From positions 64,001 through 128,000 of IMG/VR virus record IMGVR_UViG_3300035670_000009: DNA of 64,000 nt. One strand, given 5' to 3'. A program made the position numbers and the translations under genes. Every line of letters starts with the position of its first letter. The first letter of the stretch is position 1. The DNA is from a virus (Duplodnaviria; Caudoviricetes). Below, in pieces: positions 36,600 to 45,083 of the stretch. The notes under the pieces were generated by a model. It saw nothing but the letters and a program-made list of their open reading frames with translations, was not told the origin of the DNA and searched no databases.

Positions 36600-39219
36600 T
36601 TTGTGTGTAGTCACTCCAGAATTGATCACACCACTTTTTGTTAACTAACAACCCGGGCATGTTATGTACAACCTGTTCCCCGAACGAAAGCCCGTGGCGG
36701 CTCAACATTTCGGTAATTGCCGTCCAGTGCGGTGCAATTCCGCCGACAGCAACACAATAACGTTCTATGGCGCGCTGATTCAACCACCAATGTTGTTTAT
36801 TGCGCAATAAATAATTGCCAGCCTGATCTTTGCGGCGGGGTCTGGGGAGCACGTCCAGCTTTCCAGAGACGATTCCAAGGTTGACCACTTCCATCAGGGC
36901 CTCGTGTGCCCGGTCGGGGGTGAGCAGCCTGTTGGTCGCGCATGCCAGGTTGAAAGTTGCGCCATAGATATCTTTGAGCCACGCGGCAAGGTCCTCCAGC
37001 ACGGCGGTTGTCAGGCTATTCCCGCGCGTAACTAGCGCTACCCGGCGTTCAAGCGTGCTTTGGATGTAGCTTGGCAGAACGTATCGCAGCGCTGAGAAGT
37101 CCGGCATTTGTTCCGGCGGCTTGCCGCGGATCCACTGCCAGCCGTAGCCGGGCGCGAGACCCGCCGTGGGTTCCGGCAGCCGTGCTAATACGTGCCCAGC
37201 TGGAATGCGAACAACAATTCGACAAAGGTTGATATCGCTGAACGTGTGCGCTGCGAAAACCGGCCAATGTGCCTCGTCGACGGCCTGCCGCACAGGAACA
37301 GCTGAGTTGTGTTTGTTTATGGAAGCGGCACGAATTTCCTGGCAGCTAAGACTAGCGCCTAGCATTGCCGCGCTTGCATACTCTGGACCACTAAGCGCCG
37401 TAGCCGTCGGCTCACGGCCTACAACTGGCGCAAGCAGGTCAGCGGCGATGGCGGCAAACACTGTCCAGAGATAAGCGTTTTCGTGCGTAGGCGTAAGCAG
37501 CTGGCGCAGCGTAACAGGCGCGATCGGCGTTGGTTCCGGAAAGTCCGGCACGTCCCGATTAATCTCGGGATGCTGGAAATGGGTTGTGCGTCCGTCGTTT
37601 TCTAGCGCGTATCGTTTCAGGCAAAACTGACTGGTCCGCTCGTTCCAGCCGCTGCGTCCCGAGACGTGCGCGATCTCGGGCTCGTGCAGCCGCAGGGCGA
37701 GCATGCAGCTGCGTGCGTTCCAGGTGCGGTCGTACAAGAGCAAGATGCCCTCGGCCGCTGCATGCTGGGCGGCATACGCTAAAAGCCCGACGCGTTCGAT
37801 GCGCGAGGCCAGTTCAGAGAACGCCAGTTCTTTTTCTGCCGTGCGAATGCGCCCGACGTAAAGACGATCGCCGTTTTCCGCGTGGACAATTGTGTCGATA
37901 CGTATTTGCGCGTTGACAATCTGGTGGTTTGTGTGCGTCCACCAGCAGCCGTTGCGTTCGATAATCAGCGATCGTTTCTGTGTGACCTTGGTTGGCACAT
38001 TCAGTCCGGTCTCGACTTGCGCCAGCAGCCGCCCGCAGAAATCAGGGGACAGGCTGTGTTGCCGCGTACGGAAAAAGTTCTGCAAGCGGTCCAGATCTAC
38101 AGTGAGTTTGGTTACAAACGCCTGCGCCGCAGTTTCGTTGGTGTCAGTCAGCACGTTTTCCAGCGCACATTGCCACGTCTGCGCCTGTCGACGGATCTGC
38201 GCCAGCCGCGGCATCGTTCGCGCCGGAGTTGCTGTTCGCTCGACCTTTTCAGGCGGTAGCACGCAAACGTATCCTTTTGCCGCAGCGGCCTGAGAGATAC
38301 TTTCTGGCGTGTAACTTGCCGCGTGAAAAAAACGCGGCGTGTGACTGAATGATTGCCAGTTTCGTCCGGTGCTTGTCGCTTCTGGCCCGCTGTAACTTGC
38401 GGAAATAGGAAGCAACGAAAGTCCGGCCTTGAGCTGCGCTGTCTGTACTTTAAGCAGCCAAAACGGATCATCGGTCACGAAATAGGCATTGCGCAGCAGC
38501 GCAGGGCTGGGCAGCAAAACAGTGTCGAGCAGGAAATAGCCCGCCTCGGCCTTGCGTTTGATGTGCGAACTGGCCGCCACAAATGCGCGCCGCGACATGA
38601 ACTCGTCGTTGTATTGCACGAGCAGCATGCCGGTGAGGCGCCCGGGCAGGTCATAGTGCGGCAAGATCAGGGTCGGCCCGTGCTCGCGCATTCGAGGCGG
38701 CGTCGCGCGCCCCATGGCGTGGCAGTATTCCGCAACCTGGTCCGGGTGCGCCACGCCGACGAGCCCACAACAGGCATCCACCGTGTTATCCAGCCCCAGC
38801 TCGCGCTGGCGGCAGGCGATTACGTCGTCGTGATGGTTCCATATTTGTTCGCGCGCCGTGGCCCAAAACTCTTCGGCTGCGGCGAGCCGCGCAGCGGCAC
38901 GATGATATTCGCACGAAAGGCGGTCAACCTCGCTCCGTGACGCCATACCCAGGTCAGAAAAGCGCGTTAATGCCTCGGCGGCGCTTATGTTCCAGATTCG
39001 GGCGCCAAAGGTTATGATATCTCCATGCGCGCGGCAGGATTCGCAGTGCGCCCAGACGCCATCGCAAACTACGTCATCGAACAGGTAGAGCGCGGGTTGC
39101 TGGCAGAAAGGACAATCGACGACCGCCGGAAAAGCGGGCTTTTCTGGCAGAATGCCCAGTGCCGACAGGGCGTTGAGATGGTTGTGTCGGCGGACCAAAG
39201 ATGCAGGTAACGACGCCAT
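36580..39219 (-). CDS. large primase/helicase-like replication protein
   Basis: 879 aa; N-terminal Zn finger CPFC..HCESC..GDIITF resembles a primase Zn-binding domain; remainder not recognised. Confidence 0.5.
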   Translation of the reverse strand: MASLPASLVRRHNHLNALSALGILPEKPAFPAVVDCPFCQQPALYLFDDVVCDGVWAHCESCRAHGDIITFGARIWNISAAEALTRFSDLGMASRSEVDRLSCEYHRAAARLAAAEEFWATAREQIWNHHDDVIACRQRELGLDNTVDACCGLVGVAHPDQVAEYCHAMGRATPPRMREHGPTLILPHYDLPGRLTGMLLVQYNDEFMSRRAFVAASSHIKRKAEAGYFLLDTVLLPSPALLRNAYFVTDDPFWLLKVQTAQLKAGLSLLPISASYSGPEATSTGRNWQSFSHTPRFFHAASYTPESISQAAAAKGYVCVLPPEKVERTATPARTMPRLAQIRRQAQTWQCALENVLTDTNETAAQAFVTKLTVDLDRLQNFFRTRQHSLSPDFCGRLLAQVETGLNVPTKVTQKRSLIIERNGCWWTHTNHQIVNAQIRIDTIVHAENGDRLYVGRIRTAEKELAFSELASRIERVGLLAYAAQHAAAEGILLLYDRTWNARSCMLALRLHEPEIAHVSGRSGWNERTSQFCLKRYALENDGRTTHFQHPEINRDVPDFPEPTPIAPVTLRQLLTPTHENAYLWTVFAAIAADLLAPVVGREPTATALSGPEYASAAMLGASLSCQEIRAASINKHNSAVPVRQAVDEAHWPVFAAHTFSDINLCRIVVRIPAGHVLARLPEPTAGLAPGYGWQWIRGKPPEQMPDFSALRYVLPSYIQSTLERRVALVTRGNSLTTAVLEDLAAWLKDIYGATFNLACATNRLLTPDRAHEALMEVVNLGIVSGKLDVLPRPRRKDQAGNYLLRNKQHWWLNQRAIERYCVAVGGIAPHWTAITEMLSRHGLSFGEQVVHNMPGLLVNKKWCDQFWSDYTQNAREFG

Positions 39220-40390
39220 GGCAAATCCGCTCGACCAGACTCAGGACATCAGTGGCCGCGAAACCCATCGGCTGACGGCGCTTTTTTCACCGCCAGATTT
39301 TGTGAAGACCGCCAGTCAGGACAGGCTCGTTGGCGGCGACAGTCTGCAGCGGCACATGTACGCCGACCCGCACGCCAAACTTTATCCGTGCCACAGCGCT
39401 CCCGCAACGTGGATGTCCGCCCTTTTCTTTGAAGACAAGCGCGCGGCGTTCGAAACAAACCGGGCGCAGAAGATCGAAGAACGGCTTGACGCCGCTGCCA
39501 GTTATTTTGGCATCACCGGTCTTGTAAAGGAACTGCGCGACAAAGCTGCGGCCGCGGCAAAGACCGATCTGGCTAACTTACCTGACAGCGCGTTCGCTAT
39601 TGTCTGGGCCGACGAGGCGGGCAACAAGGACCGCCATTGGCCGCTGCGCAACGCCACCGAGGTGAAGTTTGCGGCCGCCCATTTCAAGACGCACCGAGAC
39701 CAGTTCACTTTCGAGGACCGGCACACGATCGCCACGAAGATTCTCGAAAAGGCAGCCGAGTACGGCGCCGACACGAGCGAGGCCGAGGACACGCTGCACC
39801 TGGCCGCCGGGCAGGGCGCCTGCGCCGCTAAGGTCGCCAGCGACATGCTCCGCAACCGTGCGGCGCTGGTGGCGCGACAGAGCCCCGAAGCCGCGGGCGG
39901 CATGCTCAAGCTGGCCGAGGTGGTAGATAACAACCCGGAGCAAGCGCGGACGCATGAGACGCGTCTCAAGTTGGCTGCTGCAGTCGACGAGTTTGACCGG
40001 GCTAACCGGTTGGACCGGCTTTACGATTCGGGCGGGCTGCCCAGAGCAGAGGAAGTCCTGTTTGCGATCACCGAGAAGGTGGCTGCAGACTTCATGAAGG
40101 CCCATGTAGAAACTACTACGGGCAACGTTTACAACCTCGAAGACCTCGAGAAGCTCGCCGAAAACGACGTCCGATCCTGGATGGGCGACGAGTTCGCGGA
40201 CGCTGTGACGGCCGGAGGCGTGTACCTCGACCGTGACAAGCTTGCGGCCATCGTGCCCACCCTGGACCGGGGCATGGCGGCCACGCTCGACCGTTTGGCG
40301 GCCGAGAAAGGGCTGGCGCCCGCGGTGAAGTCAGCGGCGGCGGACAGCCTTCTTCCGCTTGGGCGGCTTTACGAGCTGGCTAATGGTTGA
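39218..40390 (+). CDS. hypothetical protein with DUF6582-like repeats (possibly virion/morphogenesis)
   Basis: Start re-assigned to MANPLDQ; LPDSAFAI..RHWPLRNATEVKFAAAHF, plus a second degenerate copy (YADPHAKLYPCH). Confidence 0.5.
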   Translation: MANPLDQTQDISGRETHRLTALFSPPDFVKTASQDRLVGGDSLQRHMYADPHAKLYPCHSAPATWMSALFFEDKRAAFETNRAQKIEERLDAAASYFGITGLVKELRDKAAAAAKTDLANLPDSAFAIVWADEAGNKDRHWPLRNATEVKFAAAHFKTHRDQFTFEDRHTIATKILEKAAEYGADTSEAEDTLHLAAGQGACAAKVASDMLRNRAALVARQSPEAAGGMLKLAEVVDNNPEQARTHETRLKLAAAVDEFDRANRLDRLYDSGGLPRAEEVLFAITEKVAADFMKAHVETTTGNVYNLEDLEKLAENDVRSWMGDEFADAVTAGGVYLDRDKLAAIVPTLDRGMAATLDRLAAEKGLAPAVKSAAADSLLPLGRLYELANG

Positions 40391-40663
40391 CAGCCCGTCG
40401 CCGGACTTGAGCGCGTCCTTGTCCATCAGCTGTTTTAACTCTTGAAGGTCGCCGTCTTGCGCCAGCAGCATGGTCGCTAGCTGCTTGACGCCGGAGATCG
40501 TAGCCTGCCGCACAAAGGGTCGGCGGGGCTTGCGGTTAAAGACGGCGCACAAAAGCACCACCGCGTCAAACAGCCCGCCGTCTGCGAGAACTTTCTCGGG
40601 AGTGATGTGAACGACGAGCTTTTCTTTTTTAGACTTAATTACGGTCTTGGTCTTGGCGCGCAT
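40331..40663 (-). CDS. hypothetical basic protein
   Basis: Start re-assigned to MRAKTK. Confidence 0.5.
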   Translation of the reverse strand: MRAKTKTVIKSKKEKLVVHITPEKVLADGGLFDAVVLLCAVFNRKPRRPFVRQATISGVKQLATMLLAQDGDLQELKQLMDKDALKSGDGLSTISQLVKPPKRKKAVRRR

Positions 40664-40919
40664 GCGCGGGCTCCTGGTCGGGTGTGACAGCGCGGCCCGG
40701 TAACGCAAAGATATCTTTGCGCGGGCCAACGCTGTCTGGGTCGATAGTCTGCGAAGAGAGGCCCATCCGCTCAGGGACAGGCGGCGCAGACTGCTGTTCG
40801 ATTTCTGCGTCGAACATCGCGAGATAGTGTTGATATTCTTGCCAGTCAAAATAAGCCTGGCGTTCTTCTTCAGATGGTAGGCACACGTCTACGTCAGGTA
40901 GCCGGTCGTTCCAGCCCAT
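40635..40919 (-). CDS. hypothetical protein
   Basis: Start re-assigned to MGWNDR. Confidence 0.55.
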   Translation of the reverse strand: MGWNDRLPDVDVCLPSEEERQAYFDWQEYQHYLAMFDAEIEQQSAPPVPERMGLSSQTIDPDSVGPRKDIFALPGRAVTPDQEPAHARQDQDRN

Positions 40920-41103
40920 TGTCGTTGTTGGTTTTCTTCCTCCGGTGATGCCAATCTTTGGCAAGCTCCGCGCGAACAACAGGCACGAAGTCAGGCGCCT
41001 CGATGCCGATGCGCACGCGGTCGCCGAGAATTTCCACAACAGTAATCTTGATGTCGTCTCCTACCAGAATTTTTTCGTTCCGCTTTCGCGACAGAACGAG
41101 CAT
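40894..41103 (-). CDS. csrA: carbon storage regulator / translational repressor
   Basis: MLVLSRKRNEKILVGDDIKITVVEILGDRVRIGIEAPDFVPVVRAEL. Confidence 0.93.
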   Translation of the reverse strand: MLVLSRKRNEKILVGDDIKITVVEILGDRVRIGIEAPDFVPVVRAELAKDWHHRRKKTNNDNGLERPAT

Positions 41104-41118
41104 GGCGATCCTTTCTGC

Positions 41119-41793
41119 CTAACGTTGCACCGAATCGTGCAGCATTTGGGCTACGGACTGTGTGTTTCCATTGGTTAACTGCAGCGCGGCCAGTTGCGCG
41201 GCGAGGATCTTGGTTTTAGTGCGAATAGTCTCGTTAATCTCCTCAGTCTTTCCCTGCTCCACTTCGTAGATCGCCGAAAACATTTCAGGGTCGTCCGAGA
41301 AGTCGTCGATTGACGGGGAGATGCGCGCTTTGCGCAGCGCGATTCGCAGGACGTCCGGCGCGTTAATGATTCCCTCTTGGTCGAGCACCGCGCCGATATA
41401 GGCGCGGATCTCGTTGCTGAAGAATTCCTTGTCCTCGTCGTCCGGCGGGGCGATAAGCAACGATTCGGTGATTCCCCAGGCGACCTCTTCGGCGTCGGCC
41501 GGGTCGAAGGTCTGCGGGGTGTAGGTGTCGCCGCCCAGTACGTTGCAGAATTCCACAAAGTCGGGGAGCGACCTATGGAAGCGGTCGGTGGTCAGAATTT
41601 GTATGGCCACCAAAAGCTTGTCGAGCACTAACTGCGGCAGCTCGACGTCGAACTCCTCTTCGATCTCCAGGGCGATTGTGGCGGCGTCCCATTCGAGGGC
41701 CTCTATGCCGAACCGGTCCAAAAAAAGCGTCAGCAAGACCGACGCGAAGCTTTCACGGCTGGTCCACGCTTCCTGGGTGATGTTCTTCGGCAT
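41119..41793 (-). CDS. hypothetical acidic protein
   Basis: 224 aa with AGGAA RBS. Confidence 0.7.
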   Translation of the reverse strand: MPKNITQEAWTSRESFASVLLTLFLDRFGIEALEWDAATIALEIEEEFDVELPQLVLDKLLVAIQILTTDRFHRSLPDFVEFCNVLGGDTYTPQTFDPADAEEVAWGITESLLIAPPDDEDKEFFSNEIRAYIGAVLDQEGIINAPDVLRIALRKARISPSIDDFSDDPEMFSAIYEVEQGKTEEINETIRTKTKILAAQLAALQLTNGNTQSVAQMLHDSVQR

Positions 41794-42238
41794 GGGAGTT
41801 CCTTTTCCTGATCTGCGCCATTGCCCGGGCGTATAGCGTGATCAAATTGTACCCGATGGTCTCTACAGGCACGGCGGGCAGTGCCGCAACGTCGGCTCCG
41901 GTCGTTAGGTCAAGCCAGCCTGTGTGGCCGGTCCAGGTCACCCAGTTGCCGTCAGCGAAGGCCAGGGTTTCCCACTGTGGCATGTTCGAGTCGATTTCAG
42001 TGGCGTAGGCGTCAGTGATCGCTTGGCGTTGGCTGGGCTTGAGGAATGCCAGTCGCTCCAGGAGGTCGGCCAGAAGCAGGTGCAGCACAACGTACCGCGG
42101 CAGCGGCGTCGGCTCGTCGGTGTGACTGTACGAGCGCAGCACGCTTTTTATCTGCAACTTGTCGAGTTTCAAAAGCGGCGCTAAACTTGCCAGCGTTACG
42201 TGGGCATCACTGTTTTCGGAGGTTTCCATGGTTTCCAT
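41753..42238 (-). CDS. hypothetical protein
   Basis: Start ambiguous (42229, 42238 or 42262). Confidence 0.6.
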   Translation of the reverse strand: METMETSENSDAHVTLASLAPLLKLDKLQIKSVLRSYSHTDEPTPLPRYVVLHLLLADLLERLAFLKPSQRQAITDAYATEIDSNMPQWETLAFADGNWVTWTGHTGWLDLTTGADVAALPAVPVETIGYNLITLYARAMAQIRKRNSHAEEHHPGSVDQP

Positions 42239-42503
42239 TCTTGATGAACTTTCGCGGGTCACGAACGGCCGGGCCGACTATGTGGTCACCAGCAAGAGCA
42301 TTGAAGCGCTGCTCGCTGCGTCGACCGCGAACATGGTACTCGAGAAGGCCGCGCAGGCGGGGCTAAACCGACCGGGCGTGTCGAACGCCAGTGGCCCGTA
42401 CCCGGTCGATAGCGACGGCAAGACGGACGACGAGCTGCTGCTGGGCAAGCGGGGTCCGGTCGTGGGCTATCGCCGTGACTTCGTGGTCTTGGCCTCGATT
42501 TGA
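42228..42503 (+). CDS. hypothetical protein
   Basis: ATG at 42228 preceded by GGAGG. Confidence 0.6.
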   Translation: MVSILDELSRVTNGRADYVVTSKSIEALLAASTANMVLEKAAQAGLNRPGVSNASGPYPVDSDGKTDDELLLGKRGPVVGYRRDFVVLASI

Positions 42504-42991
42504 GGCTCGTCCTCTTCGTCGTCTTTTTCGTCGCCATGCGCGTCCTCGTAGGCGAGCTTGGCAGCATAAAACTGGGCGACAAGCGGCGCGATTTTGAAGA
42601 ACTGCTCGGCGATATCGACCAGCACGTGCTCTTCAAATTCTTTGACCACAGTATTTTTGAACTTCTCCAGGGCCTCAGGCGTGTAGCCTGCGGCCCTGAC
42701 TTTTTCTGCGCCCTTACGAATCTCGGGGCGCTGGTCGAACATGTACTGCAAATACTTGGGGTTTACGAACTCCAGGTCCACGCCGTACTTGCGCACAGTT
42801 TTAATGTCCGCGGGGACTGTGAACACAGGACGTCCGGCGATGTGCCCATCGGCGGCCAGGTGCCGCAGAGATTGCAGCATCCAACCGTATGCCTCCATGT
42901 TGTCGTTCGGCTCCTTCAGTTTGAAGGGCAAACGCTTTTGCGGCGGCCGTTTGGGGAGCGTGTGTTTTTTCACGAAAATCCCTGATAGCAA
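42467..42991 (-). CDS. hypothetical protein
   Basis: 174 aa with acidic tail; start uncertain. Confidence 0.6.
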   Translation of the reverse strand: MLSGIFVKKHTLPKRPPQKRLPFKLKEPNDNMEAYGWMLQSLRHLAADGHIAGRPVFTVPADIKTVRKYGVDLEFVNPKYLQYMFDQRPEIRKGAEKVRAAGYTPEALEKFKNTVVKEFEEHVLVDIAEQFFKIAPLVAQFYAAKLAYEDAHGDEKDDEEDEPQIEAKTTKSRR

Positions 42992-43108
42992 AGGAAAAAG
43001 GGGGCCGATAGTTACAAACAGGGCTGTGTAGCCGGAGCACGCACCATGGGTGAATTGGTGGTGTCCGGCTACACAGCCGAGACAAGCGCAAGAGACGAGC
43101 TTTTAGAG

Positions 43109-43555
43109 TCAGGCCGCCACGAGTGCCGCGCAGCCGGAGCTATCGATCGTGTAGCTCCGCGGGGCGTTCGCGTTCCGCAGACAGACTCCCATTACCGCGT
43201 CAAAGTACTGGCTGTACGCGTCGCGCTGGCTTGCGTCTTTACGCCTAAGCAGCTCGTCTCGATACATCAAGAGACGCGCGTTACGCTGCCCTGGATCATC
43301 GAGATCCGGGTACTGTTCGGTGACGTCGCCCGCGATGTCGGCGCATGCGTCGTCGATCTCTTCGATGATACTGGCTTGCGTGTTCGCGTCGAGGGACGCA
43401 AACGGCATGCACTCGGGCGCGATCATTCCGTTGATGATGCCCTCAATCGTCTCCAGACCGGCCCAGCTTATGGCGTGCGCCATGGCAACCTCCGTGGTAA
43501 AGCTCCACCCATAACAACACAGGTGGTGCACTTTATATGCCACGATTTTTGCCAA
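43109..43555 (-). CDS. hypothetical protein
   Basis: 148 aa. Confidence 0.6.
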   Translation of the reverse strand: MAKIVAYKVHHLCCYGWSFTTEVAMAHAISWAGLETIEGIINGMIAPECMPFASLDANTQASIIEEIDDACADIAGDVTEQYPDLDDPGQRNARLLMYRDELLRRKDASQRDAYSQYFDAVMGVCLRNANAPRSYTIDSSGCAALVAA

Positions 43556-43563
43556 AATTTAGC

Positions 43564-43866
43564 TCAAAACGTGAGCTGCACGACATCCCCGCCGGGCCGC
43601 TGAAACGTTACACGCACCTTTTGCGCGTTGAGTAACTGTTTAAGAGCGAGTTTCTTTTCGGCGCTGAGTGCGCCTAGACAGCTTTTGATGCGCGCCATTT
43701 CTTCGCGTTGTTTTTGTTGTCTCTTTCGAGCGCACGCGCCACAACCGCCAGCGCCGTTTTTGAACAACTCAGCTTTGTTCATCAGGCAAGGAATCGTATC
43801 AGCAAACCGCGCATCTTGAATCATCGTCAGGATGGTGCTGTCCTCGATAGTCACCAGCGGTGTCAT
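43564..43866 (-). CDS. hypothetical protein (CGAC motif)
   Basis: 100 aa; coupled (TAATG) to the upstream ORF. Confidence 0.65.
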   Translation of the reverse strand: MTPLVTIEDSTILTMIQDARFADTIPCLMNKAELFKNGAGGCGACARKRQQKQREEMARIKSCLGALSAEKKLALKQLLNAQKVRVTFQRPGGDVVQLTF

Positions 43867-44408
43867 TACAGCATCTCCGAAGATGAGCTATCTGGAACGG
43901 GCGCGCCGCCAATCCACACCTCGCCGCCTGGCAGCAACGTGTCCATCAAGTCGAGCGTGTTCTTGAGGCTGTTCACGTCGTCGGTGACGTCTTGAATAAA
44001 CCGCTTCGCCTCAGATCGACTGCGCAGATGCACGTCGACGTAATTCAAGCGAAACCATTCGGGGCGCTGCCCTGCAATCGGCTCGTCTTCGGGATACTCA
44101 GACAGATCAGTCGGCGAACAGACGTGAGAAAACGCGCCCTCGCGTTCACCGGCGGCGGGTTTCATGGGAAGCAGCAAGTAGGCGAACACTTTGTCGGGCA
44201 TCAACTCCGCGTCGGTTGCTTCAATGCGCACGCGGACGCCGTCAGTGTTTTGGTAGTTGTAGCGGCTGACAGACCAACTCAGTTTGACGCGCCTCCCGGA
44301 CTCGGTCGGCGGCGAGACAGGCGTGTCAGGGGCATAAAAATTAATGCCTAGCGCCTCGTTTAACTCAATGACGCCGCCGTATGAGGAAGAAACGTTACAG
44401 TCACTCAT
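43866..44408 (-). CDS. hypothetical protein, possibly structural
   Basis: Start re-assigned to MSDCNV. Confidence 0.65.
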   Translation of the reverse strand: MSDCNVSSSYGGVIELNEALGINFYAPDTPVSPPTESGRRVKLSWSVSRYNYQNTDGVRVRIEATDAELMPDKVFAYLLLPMKPAAGEREGAFSHVCSPTDLSEYPEDEPIAGQRPEWFRLNYVDVHLRSRSEAKRFIQDVTDDVNSLKNTLDLMDTLLPGGEVWIGGAPVPDSSSSEML

Positions 44409-44433
44409 GCTGCCCTCCTGGCAACGCACACGT

Positions 44434-44730
44434 TTAAAGCGGCTCGGAAGAACCCGAGTCTTCGATGGGCATCACCGCGCCGCTAATTTGAACAGGCCCG
44501 GGCGTGGTGGCCCGCACATAACCGAACGCTAAGCCTTTGACGTCAGTGGGCCCCGGTTGTTCGATATCCACGCCGTTACGGTCTGCCATAAGTTCTACGT
44601 ATCGCCCGGACACCGGACGGCCCCGAGAGTCGCGGAGCCGCACCTTGACCACGACCGCGGCCGAACCATCCGCAACTGCTTGATGTTCGCCGCCAAAAAG
44701 CAGCTTGGACTGCGCAGGGTCTGGCGTCAT
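44434..44730 (-). CDS. Ig-like (Big_1/invasin-type) domain protein
   Basis: ADG..VVVKVRLRDSRGRPVSG..TDVKGLA..VRATTPG. Confidence 0.7.
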   Translation of the reverse strand: MTPDPAQSKLLFGGEHQAVADGSAAVVVKVRLRDSRGRPVSGRYVELMADRNGVDIEQPGPTDVKGLAFGYVRATTPGPVQISGAVMPIEDSGSSEPL

Positions 44731-45083
44731 GGAAACTTGACCTTTAGCAGCGGAATCGTCGACGTCTTGCGATAGTATAACGTAATTGCCTTGATTTTTG
44801 GGTCGTTACGTTTTTGGCGTAGATAGTCAATTAACGCCGCGAGCCCGGCAGGATTTTCGGTCCGCATTGTTTCCATCAAGGCAAGCGTGGCGTCAATACA
44901 GTCAAATACAAGGTGCGCACTGCCTCCGCACCGGCAAGTACTTTTGGCGGCGTTTTCCAGATATGCGGCTTTGCATTGCGCGACCTGTTCTTCGACGGGC
45001 GCAAACGCTGAGTTAGCGTTGAAAAACTCAGCGTCGAAAAGCATTTTCACAAAGTCGTCGCGCGTCATGATGACCACGCTCAT
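44727..45083 (-). CDS. hypothetical protein
   Basis: Start re-assigned to MSVVIM (ATGA overlap with the GT9 stop). Confidence 0.6.
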   Translation of the reverse strand: MSVVIMTRDDFVKMLFDAEFFNANSAFAPVEEQVAQCKAAYLENAAKSTCRCGGSAHLVFDCIDATLALMETMRTENPAGLAALIDYLRQKRNDPKIKAITLYYRKTSTIPLLKVKFP

